Positions 34,023-51,857 of a stretch of DNA of 64,000 bases are shown piece after piece (position 1 is the first letter of the stretch; each line of letters begins with the position of its first letter). This DNA comes from Macrostomum lignano (Eukaryota): positions 1 to 64,000 of the forward strand of contig NIVC01003101.1 of assembly GCA_002269645.1 (NCBI GenBank). The letters run 5' to 3'. The notes beneath the pieces are model-generated. The model saw only the letters and a list, made by a program, of their open reading frames with translations. It was not told the origin of the DNA and ran no database searches. The position numbers were made by a program, and so were the translations under genes.

Positions 34023-34897
34023 CTGACTGGGATGGAACAGAAACTTCTTGTTGCAAAAATTGCGCGGCAGTCGCTCTCTGCTTCTGCAAGCAGTTGAAAA
34101 GGGCTGGGAGAGAAGGAAAGAGAGGAGAGGTTGGAAGCGATGAACTGCTTGCTTTTCCACGCTGCGGCCCAGCCAATCGGAGAGCTCCAAACGTCAGGCG
34201 AATTCTGATTGGCTGTGGGTGGCAGAACAGCAGGAGTAGCACGGACGGCTCTCCTCGCCTTCTAGAAGCAGAAACCAACAGGCAACATGCATTCTCTTTT
34301 TCTGGGGAGATTTCACCCTCCTCTCTCTCTCCCCCATTTTTTCCCAGCCTCTATCAAAATCCTCACGCCGGGGGCTTGTCAGATTGCCGATGGAAGCCCC
34401 GAGACTGAAAGATGAGCTCAGAGCCGAGAGAGCTCTTTCTCAACCCCCCCGCTGCCCCCGGTTACCCGAGAACCAGCTGGCTGCTCGCTCATTACCAGCT
34501 CATCATCAGTGACCAGAGCTGGCTCAGCTGCTGACAGGGCCGGCCTGTCTGACCGCCACTCATGCATGTCACAAGCCGGCGGCAACGCACTAAAAAAGTA
34601 CACTGAGTACCTGCAAGCACAATGACTTATTGAACTGCAGTGGAGGTCGCTTCGTTTCCATATAAAGTCTCCAGGCTAGGAGCAGCATTTAGGGGAAAAT
34701 ATTTGCCAATGAATTATTCTTCAGAATACATATTACTATAAAGTAACAATTATTTGCTTTGCGGCCAAGCGCCCATTGTTGCTAAGCTGCTGAGTCAAAG
34801 CGATTTACTTGAATGAATGCAGCTCAAAGTTCCGGTCTGAGATAATTTAAATAATTGCTTAATTAAGCTTCCAGACAAACGGATAGACGGACAAACA

Positions 34898-35152
<255 letters not shown>

Positions 35153-35599
35153 AGCCTCGGCCAATAAAGTACATCTCTTAGCCCCTGCTAGCTCGCAGTG
35201 TTCTAGAAATCGCAGCCAGCATCCCCAGAGACGGGGAAGGAAGGCGGGGTGTCGGTTGCTGGGGCGGGGACCCCCATCTGCATATTTGCCTCAAGCAGCT
35301 GGCCGTCATTAAAAGGCCGCTGCAGGCAGGGCTTGGATAAATCGCTGTGGATAATTCAATTTTGCTGCTGGAGTCGGGAGCTGGGAAGCTTCCACTCAGG
35401 GCTCATCTCGCGGGCCTCGCACGTCCATCCCATCGCAGATTCCCCATTTTCCCCCAATTTGCTCATCTTATCGCTCCCAAATTTTGGCGCAACAGCCCAA
35501 GCAGCTGCAACAGTCGGTAATTTTTCCAAGCTGTGAGCTTCTGCTCCCAGTCAATTTCGAACAAAGTGTCCGAGGTTGAGAAAATGAGTCAGATAATTG

Positions 35600-36850
35600 A
35601 ACAAGCTGTCGGAGGATGGGACAAGCTGTCAGAGGATAGGAAAAGCTGTCAGAGGATGGGACAAGCTGTCAGAGGGTGGGACAAGCTGTCAGAGGATGGG
35701 ACAAGCTGTCAGAGGATAGGAAAAGCTGTCAGAGGATGGGACAAGCTGTCAGAGGATAGGAAAATCTGTCAGAGGATGGGACAAGCTGTCAGAGGATAGG
35801 AAAAGCTGTCAGAGGATGGGACAAGCTGTCAGAGGATGGGACAAGCTGTCAGAGGATGGGACAAGCTGTCAGAGGATGGGACAAGCTGTCAGAGGATAGG
35901 AAAAGCTGTCAGAGGATGGGACAAGCTGTCAGAGGATGGGAAAAGCTGTCAGAGGATGGGACAAGCTGTCAGAGGATGGGAAAAGCTGTCAGAGGATGGG
36001 ACAAGCTGTCAGAGGATGGGACAAGCTGTCAGAGGATGGGACAAGCTGTCAGAGGATGGGACAAGCTGTCAGAGGATAGGAAAAGCTGTCAGAGGATGGG
36101 ACAAGCTGTCAGAGGATGGGAAAAGCTGTCAGAGGATGGGACAAGCTGTCAGAGGATGGGAAAAGCTGTCAGAGGATGGGACAAGCTGTCACAGGATGGG
36201 ACAAGCTGTCACAGGATGGGACAAGCTGTCAGAGGATGGGACAAGCTGTCAGAGGATGGGAAAAGCTGTCAGAGGATAGGAAAAGCTGTCAGAGGATGGG
36301 ACAAGCTGTCACAGGATGGGACAAGCTGTCACAGGATGGGACAAGCTGTCAGAGGATGGGACAAGCTGTCAGAGGATGGGAAAAGCTGTCAGAGGATAGG
36401 AAAAGCTGTCAGAGGATGGGACAAGCTGTCAGAGGATAGGAAAAGCTGTCAGAGGATGGGACAAGCTGTCAGAGGATAGGAAAAGCTGTCAGAGGATGGG
36501 AAAAGCTGTCAGAGGATGGGACAAGCTGTCAGAGGATGGGACAAGCTGTCAGAGGATGGGACAAGCTGTCACAGGATGGGAAAAGTTGTCAGAGGATGGG
36601 ACAAGCTGTCAGAGGATGGGACAAGCTGTCAGAGGATGGGACAAGCTGTCAGAGGATGGGACAAGCTGTCAGAGGATGGGACAAGCTGTCACAGGATGGG
36701 ACAAGCTGTCAGAGGATGGGAAAAGCTGTCAGAGGATGGGAAAAGCTGTCAGAGGATGGGACAAGCTGTCAGAGGATGGGACAAGCTGTCAGAGGATGGG
36801 ACAAGCTGTCAGAGGATGGGACAAGCTGTCAGAGAATGGGAAAAGCTGTC
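35600..36850. repeat. 20 bp minisatellite (gacaagctgtcagaggatgg)
   Basis: About 62 copies. Confidence 0.96.
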
Positions 36851-37218
36851 TGTCTAGAGCCAAAACCAGATAATAGAGATGGGGTTGGGGCAAACTGGGG
36901 GTTCGGAGAAGATGCGGCACTGGATCAATGAAAATATTTTCCTACCTCGTAAAGAGGGGCTCAGACATCGCGGAGATACAATTAGCTCAGAGATCTGGCA
37001 TTGTGGCAGCGCGTTATGCTGCAGCAATAAAAATGCAATTGCATTGCAAAGTCTGCCCTCACAGGCACTTTTTTCTGAAGCGATGCGGGCGGATGGCTTG
37101 TAAAATTTCGATTGCAGCGGCTGATATAATGGCGACTGAGTTTCCTGCAATGTTTATTCCAGATTGGACTGAAATAAAAAAATTACTTTTTTTTCTTATG
37201 AATCGAGTAATCGATTTG

Positions 37219-41160
<3,942 letters not shown>

Positions 41161-41629
41161 GACAAGGACCACTGTAAGTTAACGTTGAACAGCTAGAATG
41201 CTACTTCTAGTAGTCCTTGGCCCTTTGCTTCAAGATCCGCAGAATCTAGCGCTGCCAATCAAGCCCTACATGTATGAGTAAGCAGCAGAAGTGGCCTCGC
41301 CAAGTCGCATCTGGTTGATAAAAGCTTTTCCAAATCCTCGAGTCTCCGAACGGATGCTGGGAGCTCCATGTCCGGCTGCTTCATCCAAGAATCCCAGCAG
41401 TGCAGTTCCTGAACCCCTCCTCACTCAATCGCCAACTTCCCCTCGCTTAGAGACCAGCAGCCACTGCGCATCATCAAGCCGGCACGTCAGTCTCCGCCTC
41501 AATAATTTTATTATTAATTTCAGACTAACAATATAGCGACCCCTCCCCCTCGGGGCGCCCAAAAATCAAGGCACGAAAATTATTTATGTGAATCTGATTT
41601 GTCTTGAAATCTCAGCGCGCAATTCCCCC

Positions 41630-42600
41630 AGTAAGCCTCGACATCTCAGCAATTCCCCCAGTAGGCCTTGACATCTCAGCAATTCCCCCAGTAAGCCTTG
41701 ACATCTCAGCAATTCCCCCAATAAGCCATGTCATCTCAGCAAATCGCCAATAAGCCTCGACATCTCAGCAATTCCACAAGTAAGCCTTGACATCTCAGCA
41801 ATTCCCCCAGTAAGCCTTGACATCTCAGCAATTCCCCCAATAAGCCATGTCATCTCAGCAAATCGCCAATAAGCCTCGACATCTCAGCAATTCCACAAGT
41901 AAGCCTCGACATCTCAGCAATTCCCCCAGTAAGCCTTGACATCTCAGCAATTCCCCAAGTAAGCCTTGACATCTCAGCGATTCCCCCAAGTAAGCCTTGA
42001 CATCTCAGCAATTCCTCCAATAAGCCTTGACATCTCAGCAATTCCCCCAATAAGCCTTGACATCTCAGCAATTCCCCCAATAAGCCTTGACATCTCAGCA
42101 ATTCCCCCAAGTAAGCCTCGACATCTCAGCAATTCCCCCAATAAGCCTCGACATCTCAGCAATTCCCCCAGTAAGCCTTGACATCTCAGCAATCCCCCCA
42201 ATAAGCCATGTCATCTCAGCAAATCGCCAATAAGCCTCGACATCTCAGCAATTCCCCAAGTAAGCCTCGACATCTCAGCAATTCCCCCAGTAAGCCTTGA
42301 CATCTCAGCAATTCCCCAAGTAAGCCTTGACATCTCAGCGATTCCCACAAGTAAGCCTTGACATCTCAGCAATTCCTCCAATAAGCCTTGACATCTCAGC
42401 AATTCCCCCAATAAGCCTTGACATCTCACCAATTCCCCCAATAAGCCTTGACATCTCAGCAAATCCCCAATAAGCCTCGATATCTCAGCAATTCCCCAAG
42501 TAAGCCTCGACATCTCAGCAATTCCCCAAGTAAGCCTCGACATCTCAGCAATTCCCCAAGTAAGCCTCGACATCTCAGCAATTCCCCAGTAAGCCTTGAC
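41630..42600. repeat. ~30 bp minisatellite (gacatctcagcaattcccccagtaagcctt)
   Basis: About 32 copies. Confidence 0.95.
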
Positions 42601-43649
42601 TCTGCATCGAATTATTGAATTTTCAACTCCAAATAATCCATTTTCCCCTGGTGAGAAATGATTTTTGAGAAACAAAGTCGGACCAAAGCAGGCCTGGGTA
42701 TTCAGTGGCACTCCAGTGCGCCGTCACTGGGTGACTTTTATTACTTTATAGAGAAGGTCGAGACAAAAACAGCATGGGATTATTTCCCAAATTTCAATTT
42801 CGGACGGACTTTGGATTTGGTAGAATTACAGTGCAAAAGGGGAGCGAAAGGATTAAGAAATGACAGTTCCGCCTGTAGTAGCCGGCTGAAGGGGACGGAC
42901 TCGTCTGACTCTGGGACAGCCCTGACGCGCTCGGTGATGCAGTAACCATCACATGTTAAACATATAGCATTAGTTCATTTCTGCCGCACACAAGCACACT
43001 TTTGTGAATTTGAAAAATAAGAACATACTGTGCTTACTAATAGTAGGATATGAACCTGCTAGCTGACCGAACAACGGTTTACATACTGGCAGCAAGAAAA
43101 ATATCAGTTCACATCTCAGATCGGATCGGAACGCAACAAACAACCCGTCTGCTTTTTAGCACTTTTCCCGAAAAAAGAAAAGAGCTCAGTTTGTGCTGCA
43201 TATCTGAGGAAAAAACTTAGAGAAAATATAGTTATATGTCGGCACAACTATGAGCGACAATCTGCAGCTACTTTTAGTAGTCAAGCCGGAGCAAAACAAC
43301 CAATGTCTAAAAAATAATTTTACAATACAGAAACAGAGCGGCATGTCGGGATTGGCCGGCGGTGCAAACAGGGGGGGGGGCAGAGCGGAGCCTGTGGACT
43401 ACAAAGACCGCACGACAGCCATAGAACTGACAAAGACGAAGGACATAAACAAAAATTTGATAGTTAGCAAGCAAAGCTATCATAATATAAGGCTATGAAA
43501 TCATGAGTCGGTGCCGGATGCGGGTGCTCAGATTGAGGATGAAGCAGGTTGCTCTTCAATCAACTCTCTACTAGAAGAGGAAATTCTATGCGCAGCAAAA
43601 TCGAGACAAAAGAAATTTGGTCAAGGACTTCCAATTATCGCGATGAAAA

Positions 43650-43679
43650 TCAATCAATCAGTCAATCTATCAATCAATT

Positions 43680-43710
<31 letters not shown>

Positions 43711-43711
43711 T

Positions 43712-43748
<37 letters not shown>

Positions 43749-43749
43749 G

Positions 43750-43798
<49 letters not shown>

Positions 43799-43844
43799 TA
43801 ATCAATCAATTAATCAATTAATCAATCAACAAATCAGTCAATCT

Positions 43845-43898
<54 letters not shown>

Positions 43899-43999
43899 TA
43901 ATCAATCAATTAATCAATTAATCAATCAACAAATCAGTCAATCTATCAATCAATCAATCAATCAATCAATCAATTAATCAATCAATCAATCAGTCAATA

Positions 44000-44030
<31 letters not shown>

Positions 44031-44080
44031 TAATCAATCAATTAATCAATAATCAATCAACCAATCAATTTATTCAATCA
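43650..44080. repeat. (AATC)n microsatellite
   Basis: Direct observation. Confidence 0.95.
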
Positions 44081-44558
44081 AGTTGCCTTCCATTCCGGCC
44101 CGCTTTTTCCTTTAAAAGTCCTTGATTCGATACAATATTACAATGGAGGCATTGCATTACTACTAGTAGTCATTAGACAGTAGGACTATGAAAATGGAGT
44201 CAGAGCCAGTAGACGCGGGACTATCAGGTAATGCGCCTCATCGTGCATTCAGTGTGGCACTAAGCTATTACTTTATTACTCTTAGTATTCAATCAGCTAA
44301 GTGCCGATTCCATGAAGAAGCAAATAAACAAAATCACAGCAGGAGAAAACAGCAAATTGGCGAAATTTCAAAAACAAATTAACAAAAGACAAACACACAG
44401 AGAGAGAGAGAGAAACTAGCCGCTAAGCGCAGTCGAGGGTTTTGGATTAATTGAGATTGTTCACTCAGTGCCGCCCCAGATCATAAACTAAGCAATTAAA
44501 AACAGAACCTTTCCATTCGTCCATGGGAGTTGCTCAAGCATAGAATTGGCTTGGGAAG

Positions 44559-44693
44559 TCACGTGACCCATTTGCGGCTGTACAGCTGGTTGAGCTGGGA
44601 GCTGGTCACCGTGCCGTAGGCCTGGCTGTACGAACCGTAGTGGCCCCGGGGCTCCGCCGCTCCGTAGTTGCGCTGATTGTCGTACTGCCGCTT

Positions 44694-44740
<47 letters not shown>

Positions 44741-47700
44741 AGCCGCGCCCGGCAGCAGCCGCCGCCTGCCGAGTTGACGGCCCCGTCCGCAGTGCCGGCC
44801 CGTGGCCGTAGGGCGAATCCCGCAGCACCATGGGGGTGTTCAGCTGGTTGGAGGTGTACGATCGCAGGTGGTGCACCCCGCCGCCGCCGCCGCCTCCGCC
44901 GCCTCCGCCCGCGTTGCCGGTGGGCGGTCGGGACTGATAGGACGCCACCGGCGCCGACTGCTGTCGGCGGGCCTCCGCCAGGGCTGCCGCGCTCTGCGAG
45001 GATCATTGTGTGTTAACAGAACTTATTGTCTCCTTTAGTTTGAGAATCAAATCACGTGATTTGAGTCACGCTTCAGTCTGGCTGCTGACTTTTGCTACTC
45101 GCTTTCTTTTTCCCTCACCCACACTGTGAGCGTATATTTCCATCTCTACACCCAAATTGATGCAAATTTAACCCCGATCCTAATTAAGCTCTGTCCCAAA
45201 TGAACTCTGACCTCAAATGAACCCTGACCCCAAATGAACCCTGATCTTAAATGAACTCTGACCTTAAATGAACCCTGACCCAAGATGAACCCTGACCCCT
45301 AAATAAACCTTGACCTTAAATGAACCCTGACCCCAAATGAACCTTGACCCAAATTGAACCCTGAAACCAAATGAACCTTGACCCCAAATGAACCTTGACC
45401 ATAAGTGAACCCTGACCCCAAATGAAACTTGACCCTAAGTGAACCCTAACACAAATAGAAACCATGATAACTCCTTTATTAAAAGCAATTAATAGATGCC
45501 TTAAATCCCAAACCCTGTTTCACCCTGTCCCATAACCCTAAGCCCTTAACCCTAGCCTGAGCTTAATTCCAAACAGAGCAGTTCAGCGAGTTAAAAAATG
45601 GAAAGACAAGGAATTAAAGGCAATAAATTTTGAAAGAAGGAAATCGCAAGGATAGCAACAGGAAATCAGAAGCACACAGAAGACCAGAGCTGGGATGGAC
45701 GCGCGTGGATAAACAGCCAGAGTAAATTTTCATTCCATTTGGAGTTGTTTAACTCATCAAAAACTTTCTATAAGACCTCAAAGATTTGTTGTAAATTAGA
45801 GTTCGTAGGCGGTTCAGGTAGGAAAATAGAAAACAGTAAAAAGAGTCGTTAAACAGCCATTCAATGTGCGCAGTTGCGTGTGCGACAGAATGCACTTTAA
45901 CAAGATTTTTAGTGACGCGACTTGAGAGACGTTTTTTGTTTAATCAGAAGCTCTAACGATGCACTTTATTACTGCAATTTAACTAGCACTAGTTACAGAT
46001 GCACTATTAGATTTCTGCACTTAAATAGTTGCACTATTAGTGAAGGTGCTGCTAGGTGTATGCACTTTAACAGTTGCACTATTTTATTATGCACTTTACA
46101 GATGCACTATTAGATTATGCACTTTACCAGATGCACTATTAGTGGATGCACAGTAAAATGTATGTTCTTTAATAGATGCACTATTAGATACAGATCATCT
46201 AAAAGTTGCACTATAAGTAGAAGAACTATCAGATAAGGAATGCTGCACTATTGAATGAAGCGCCCCTGCAGAGGTGCACTATTGCAGAATGAAATCTTTA
46301 CTGTCTGCTGATGGCGACTCCAGATTCGCTCGGAATCGCCCGAATGGCGTTGCGGAATTTGCTGGCTCTGCATCAGCTGCTGTTCGGACTGCAAAATATT
46401 TTTTATTGCATGCCGTGATTTATGAGCTGTGAGTGCTATGATCAAGCTGCACTCACAATACTGACTGACGAGCTACTCCAGAGAGAAAAGTTTCTACAAT
46501 CTTAAGCCAAAAGACATGCGCGCTGGAAATTTCACTGCGCAATAAGATCAAACTACTTATAGTAGTTTATATAATAATGCGACAAAAGCCGCGACACCTG
46601 CTAAGCACAGCGATAGGAAAATCAGCTTTAATAGATGGCGGTCAGAGTGACGAATTGGGTTTGGCATTGAACCAGTGGCGTACGAACCTCGTCCTGTTGT
46701 TGCAGAACCTGACGAAGCGGGTTTGTGGCGATGGGTCAGATAGGCTTCTAATTAATAAACCTCACCATCTGCTGCGGCTGTTGCTATTCAGTAAGTAAAA
46801 AGTTAAGCGCTGACGCAACGACTGTTGGACGACTCTTTAGCGGCTCATGACTCAACAGTTGCCTCTTCATCGCATTAAAGTTGTTTGAGTTGTTAAAGAG
46901 TCATAAGAGTCGCCCTAAGAGTATCCGGAGAGTTTTTTGCAATGAATCCAGCGGTTCATGTCACGTTACTGGTTTCAACGGGCTTGCACGAGCTGCCCAG
47001 CAATCCTCAACTGGGAAGCCACATACGGCGGACATCCCGGACGCAAAACTGTCAAGTTGCTCACCGAGTATCCGTAGGTGCCGTTGTGCAGCGGAGTCGT
47101 CCTGTTCAGCGAGCTGCCCAGAGCCCCCGCCTTGCTGCTGGCGCTCAGGTTCTCGTAGCTGCGCTGCCGCTGCAGCCCGGATGCTGAGGACGAAGCCGAG
47201 GACGGCTTCGTGCCGCCGCCGGCGCCGCCGTAGAATCCGGTGGAGCGACTCGCCCGCAGCTGGGCGGTGGCCGAGAGCTGCTGCTGGAGCTCCCGGTAGC
47301 TGCCACTGCGGCCGAGACTGCCGCGTCGGGAGCCGGGCTGGTGCTGCGGCTGCTGCTGCTGGTGATGGTGCAGCTGCCCGCGCTCTCGGCCGGCCGAATC
47401 CGGCGCCGGCGTTGCCGCCGAGGAGGCTTCGCCGACGGACGACGACGTCGATGCTCGAGTCTGCGGCTGCTGCTGGTGCTGCTGCTGGTCCTGGTGCTGG
47501 CGCTCCTGCCGGCGGCGCTCGCGCTCCTCGCGACGGCGCTGCCGCCTGGCGGCCTTCTTGGCGACGATCATCTCGTAGAGGCGGTTCCGGTACTCGGCCA
47601 CGCTCAGCTGCGAGTTGTCATCGACCTGCGGCGGGACCGGCGGTTCGTGGGGTGCAGTGATTTCTTGGAATGAACGACAGGCTAAGCGATTCATGGGTGG

Positions 47701-50695
47701 GACCTTTTGCAATGTACTTGTGAGTCTGGGATCTGGGATTTTGGGATCTAACAATGTGGCATCTGGGACTTTAAAATTTAGGACTTTAAAACTTTGAAAT
47801 ACATGTACGGGAACTTGGAATGTTAAATCTTAAGCTGTGTGGGATCTGGGGCTGTAGGATCTGGGACTGTGGGATCTGGGACTGTGGGATCTGGGACTGT
47901 GAGACCTGAGACTGTGGGATCTGGGACTGTGGGATCTGGGACTGTGGGACCTGAGACTGTGGGATCTGGGACTGTGGGGTCTGAGACTGTGGGATCTGAG
48001 ACTGTGGGATCTGAGACTGTGGGATCTGGGACTGTGGGATCTGGGACTGTGGGTCTGGGACTGTGGGATCTGGGACTGTAAGACCTGAGACTGTGGGATC
48101 TGGGACTGTGGGATCTGAGACTGTGGGGTCTGGGACTGTGAGTTTGGGACTATGGGATCTGGGACTGTGGGTCTGGGACTGTGGGGTCTGGGACTGTGGG
48201 TCTGGGACTGTGGGTCTGGGACTGTGGGGTCTGGGACTGTGGGTCTGGGACTGTGGGTCTGGGACTGTGAGTCTGGGACTGTGGGGTCTGGGACTGTGGG
48301 TCTGGGACTGTGGGATCTGGGACTGTGGGTCTGGGACTGTGGGGTCTGGAACTGTGGGGTCTGGGACGCTGAGGATCTGTCTCGGGTCCCTGGAATCCCG
48401 GATTCCTGGAAACCGAGGTCCCCGAGTTGCAAGCTCACCGGCGGCACAACGTCGCGCCGGAGGGCGATCTCCTCGGCTGGATTGTGGAAGCGGCGCACAT
48501 AGGGATGCCGCAGGGCCTCCTCGGCCGTCAGCCGTTTGTCCGGGTTGAACTGCAGCAGGCGCTGCATCAGGTCCATAGCAACCGGGTCGACGTTCGGCAC
48601 CAACGATTCGAGCGACCGGCGACCACGGACTGCCGCCTTCTCCAGGATGCTGGCGCCGTAGGCGCTGCCGATGCTGCGGATGTCCTCCTGGCTGGGCGAC
48701 GGGATGGCCGACATGATGCGCTCGATCTGGTTCAGGGTGGAGCTGCCAGGGAACAGCGGCTTGCCCAGCAGCATCTCGCCGAGGATGCAGCCCAGCGACC
48801 ACATGTCCACGCCCTGGGGAAGCGGAGGATGGAGAACTCTATCATGATTCTAGGCCTTGTCTATGGCCGCAACTCTAGAGGCTTGAGTTCCTGGAACGAA
48901 AGGCTTCCTGACTGCGGCTAGCCGGCCCTGACTCTAGACCATAGACATCTGAGCGCACATACTGCGTGCACTGCCCGCCAATGAGAAAGCCAGGGTCGCT
49001 GTACAACTTGCGTGTTTGTGTGTGAGGGGATGGTTGCTGAATGGCTCAGAGGTCTGAGTCTGAGACTTGCCGTGCTAATGAGGGCCAACAATCTGTCACA
49101 AAATGTTTGCATGTCTGAGGATGAGAAAGTTAAGCCTACTGGACATCATGTGGGTGTGTGTGTGTGCTCAGAGATCAGCAGAGTAGACAATCTAATTCCC
49201 CCCCCTAACTTTCCATATGCGACAAACAAACTAAAATGCCAATAAACTCCAGAGAAACTCCAGAGAAACAGCGCGCACTTTGGTGTAGCGGTGCGAGGCC
49301 AGCAGAATCTCGGGCGCCCGGTACCAGCGGGTGGCCACGTACTCAGTCAGGGCGGGGTCCGCGCCACCCTCGTCAACGCGGCCCAGCTGAGATAACGACC
49401 GCGCCAGACCGAAGTCGCAGAGCTTGACGAAGCACTCGGAGTCCAATAGGACGTTGCTGGGCTTCTGGTCGCGGTGGATGCAGTTGCCCGAGTGCACATA
49501 GTACGTGGCCTTGAACATCTGGTACATGATGTACTGCTTATGCACGTCCTTCAGTATGTTGCCCTTCTTTATAACGTTATGCAAATCCGTGTCTGCAATG
49601 CATTTCGAGTATTAATTTTCATTTCTTGAAATTGCACCTCAAATCACATGCTAAATTCGTCTTGATTATTAACGATTTTAGACTCTTTCGTCATTTCAAA
49701 ATAAATATAATTTTTCTAAATCTTAACCAAGCTGATTTTGGATCCTAAATGAAGGCTGAATGTCTCACCCATGGACTCGAAGACCAGGTAGATGTCTTTG
49801 TCATTCTCCGCTTTGATAACATTCAGAAGCTTCACAATGTTGGGATGATCGGCGAACTCCTGTAGAAACGCGATCTCGCGGAATGTTCGCTGTGGGTTCG
49901 ATTAGAAATCCGTTTATGTTGATTCGAAAATCCTTTTTTAATGATTTTAATGATAAAAATAAAACTCTAGTTTATTTTTACCTGGGCGTCGGTTTGATTA
50001 CGAAATGCATCAAAAATCTTTTTTAACGCAACAACCTCCCCGGTGCGCCGATCGATTGCCTTCCACACGATTCCATAAGCCTGATGGGATAGAGAATTTA
50101 TTTGCCTTCAATACGATGTTAACATATGAAGCACAATATTACTATCTAATAATTATGCCGTGCAGAAATATATAGAAACCAAAATATTTAAGGTTGTATT
50201 TGATGTGCTATATAATACTGAATAAAATTGGATAGCACAAGGGAATGAATGCTACATAATTATTAAGGAGTAGAAAATCCCATTACAATTATTTTACTGG
50301 AAGTCTAGAATATAATGGTTCTCTGTCTACTAGTATAAGATAAATATTAGCAATTCAATGTTATGTGATTATACTGTCAGTTAAAAATAATCAAAATTCT
50401 GCTATATTTTTTACTGCTCTTGTTAGCTACGCAAAGGATAACTACAACTAATGCATTCTTAAAATAACACACATATAATAAACTTGTAGTTAAATTGGTA
50501 CATAAAAATTCTGTTGGGATATTACTTTCTGGCAGTCTGAATCCAATGACAACAAAACTAACAAAACTAATTGTGATCAATAAAAGACACGATTATAAAT
50601 TTCGCTTAGCAAATAAAACTTACCCCTTTGCCTAGGCGTTTCTTTATTTCATACTTTTTAGTAATATGTGGCTCCACTTCTGAGTTCATCGTCAT
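44559..50695 (-). CDS. MAPK15: Mitogen-activated protein kinase 15 (ERK7/ERK8), 658 aa
   Basis: Exons 50695-50624, 50080-49982, 49889-49769, 49592-49279, 48813-48439, 47625-47065, 44993-44559, all GT-AG, phases consistent. Motifs: [43 protein letters not shown] activation loop, C-terminal YSQAYGTV as in vertebrate MAPK15. A 77-nt 5'UTR intron is possible at 50743-50819. Confidence 0.96.
45175..45450. repeat. ~17 bp minisatellite (aaatgaaccctgacccc) in the last MAPK15 intron
   Basis: About 15 degenerate copies. Confidence 0.85.
47720..48365. repeat. ~14-16 bp minisatellite (ctgggactgtgggat) in MAPK15 intron 5
   Basis: About 40 copies, G-rich on the plus strand. Confidence 0.92.
48857..48946. 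mobile_element. ~90 bp mini-MITE with gtctatgg / ccatagac ends
   Basis: tgtctatgg...tctagag and ctctaga.ccatagaca. Same terminal motif as the inner hairpin at 11563-11660. Confidence 0.45.
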
Positions 50696-50975
50696 TGTTG
50701 CTGCATGTGGAGCACTTATCAGAAAAAGTAATAACAACTCATCTGCAAAAAGAAATTAGCCCGGCAGTAGCAAGTTAAATTTTTAGGCATAGTTGTAGAT
50801 AAAAGTTATTATATCGTACCTTAAGCTACACGGACTGTTCTATCAGTAATTGGTACAATATTAATATAATGCATTCTTGTAATATTTAGAGAAGAATAAA
50901 AAAGTATTTTTATATTTGTTATATGGGATAGACAGTTCGTAATTTAAAACGCAACAAGGTAGGGAAAAAGTCAAT

Positions 50976-51234
50976 GGGCCTTTTCATATTACCAATTCCA
51001 GAACCAGAATCGGTTCGGAATTCCAAGAAAAACAGCAGTATAACTATTAAACTCTGTTAATATTTGACTGCCTTAACAACCTAACTTAGCACAATTTTTC
51101 ACTTTCTTCTTGGCGATTGTCATTCAATAATAAAAATTTATAGCACGTATCTCCTTCTAGTTATGGAGACAAAAAGTTATACTTCACAAATTGGTTCTGG
51201 TTCTGGAACCAGAGCAAGCAATATGAAAAGGCCC
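50976..51234. mobile_element. PIF/Harbinger-like (Tourist-type) MITE in the MAPK15/ALR divergent promoter region
   Basis: aat|gggccttttcatatt ... aatatgaaaaggccc|aat: 15-bp TIR, 3-bp TSD, 259 bp, with internal ccagaaccag / ctggttctgg subterminal inverted motifs. Confidence 0.82.
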
Positions 51235-51857
51235 AATGAAAAATCATTCAAGGAAAAATCAATACAAGTAAGTATTGATTTTTCGGCAAGAACTTGTTAT
51301 CGTTATTACTGTTAATACAGTAATGTTGTGTTGTGTTATTACTGCTGACCGTACGAATAGCTATGTTATTCCGCTATTATTAGTAATCATATCTAACTAA
51401 ACCAGAAAAGTTTCTATGTATGTATGTACATAATCGATTTCAAAAGAATTTATCCAAGATTTTCAAACTGGTATAAACATAAACCTAAATTATAAATCAT
51501 AATTAGGCCCTAGTTAGTAACCCAAAAAATAGTTATAGGCTAGGCATATACTGTACAAACAGACCTAAGCCTGAGCCTGAGCCTGAGCCAATCCTATTAG
51601 TACTGCTACTACTGCTACTAGTACTAGGCCTAAAAATAAAATCATTGACATTATCTATCCCAATGTTTTCTTTACACCACATTTAACCTATGCCTATGGC
51701 AGGCCTATCTCAATCTGGCTATTTATTGTTACTGAAAATTTAGCTTATCTAGGACTAGCCAACTAGATCATTAAAACTTATTTAGTTATTTGCATTTTCA
51801 CCTTTGCTTTGGTTTGCTTTTGATGCTATTAGGCCCTATGTGGCTGTGTAGACTTAG

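Noticed and set aside
35533-36931. Regularly spaced repeats resembling a CRISPR array or repeat protein
   Set aside because: Units are head-to-tail with no unique spacers, there are no cas genes, and the context is eukaryotic. The same applies to all arrays in the window.
41240-43650. Short exon-like frames (MKQPDMELPAS..., CITERVRAVPESDE..., ORF 43250-43498)
   Set aside because: No homology recognised, no consistent splice phases, and codon usage unlike the confirmed genes.
45525-45560. Telomere-like ccctaa motifs
   Set aside because: Only two or three degenerate units at the edge of a C-rich minisatellite.
49020-49140. tRNA/SINE-like A-box (gatggttgctgaatggctcagag) in MAPK15 intron 4
   Set aside because: No convincing B-box or cloverleaf. 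At most a very decayed SINE.
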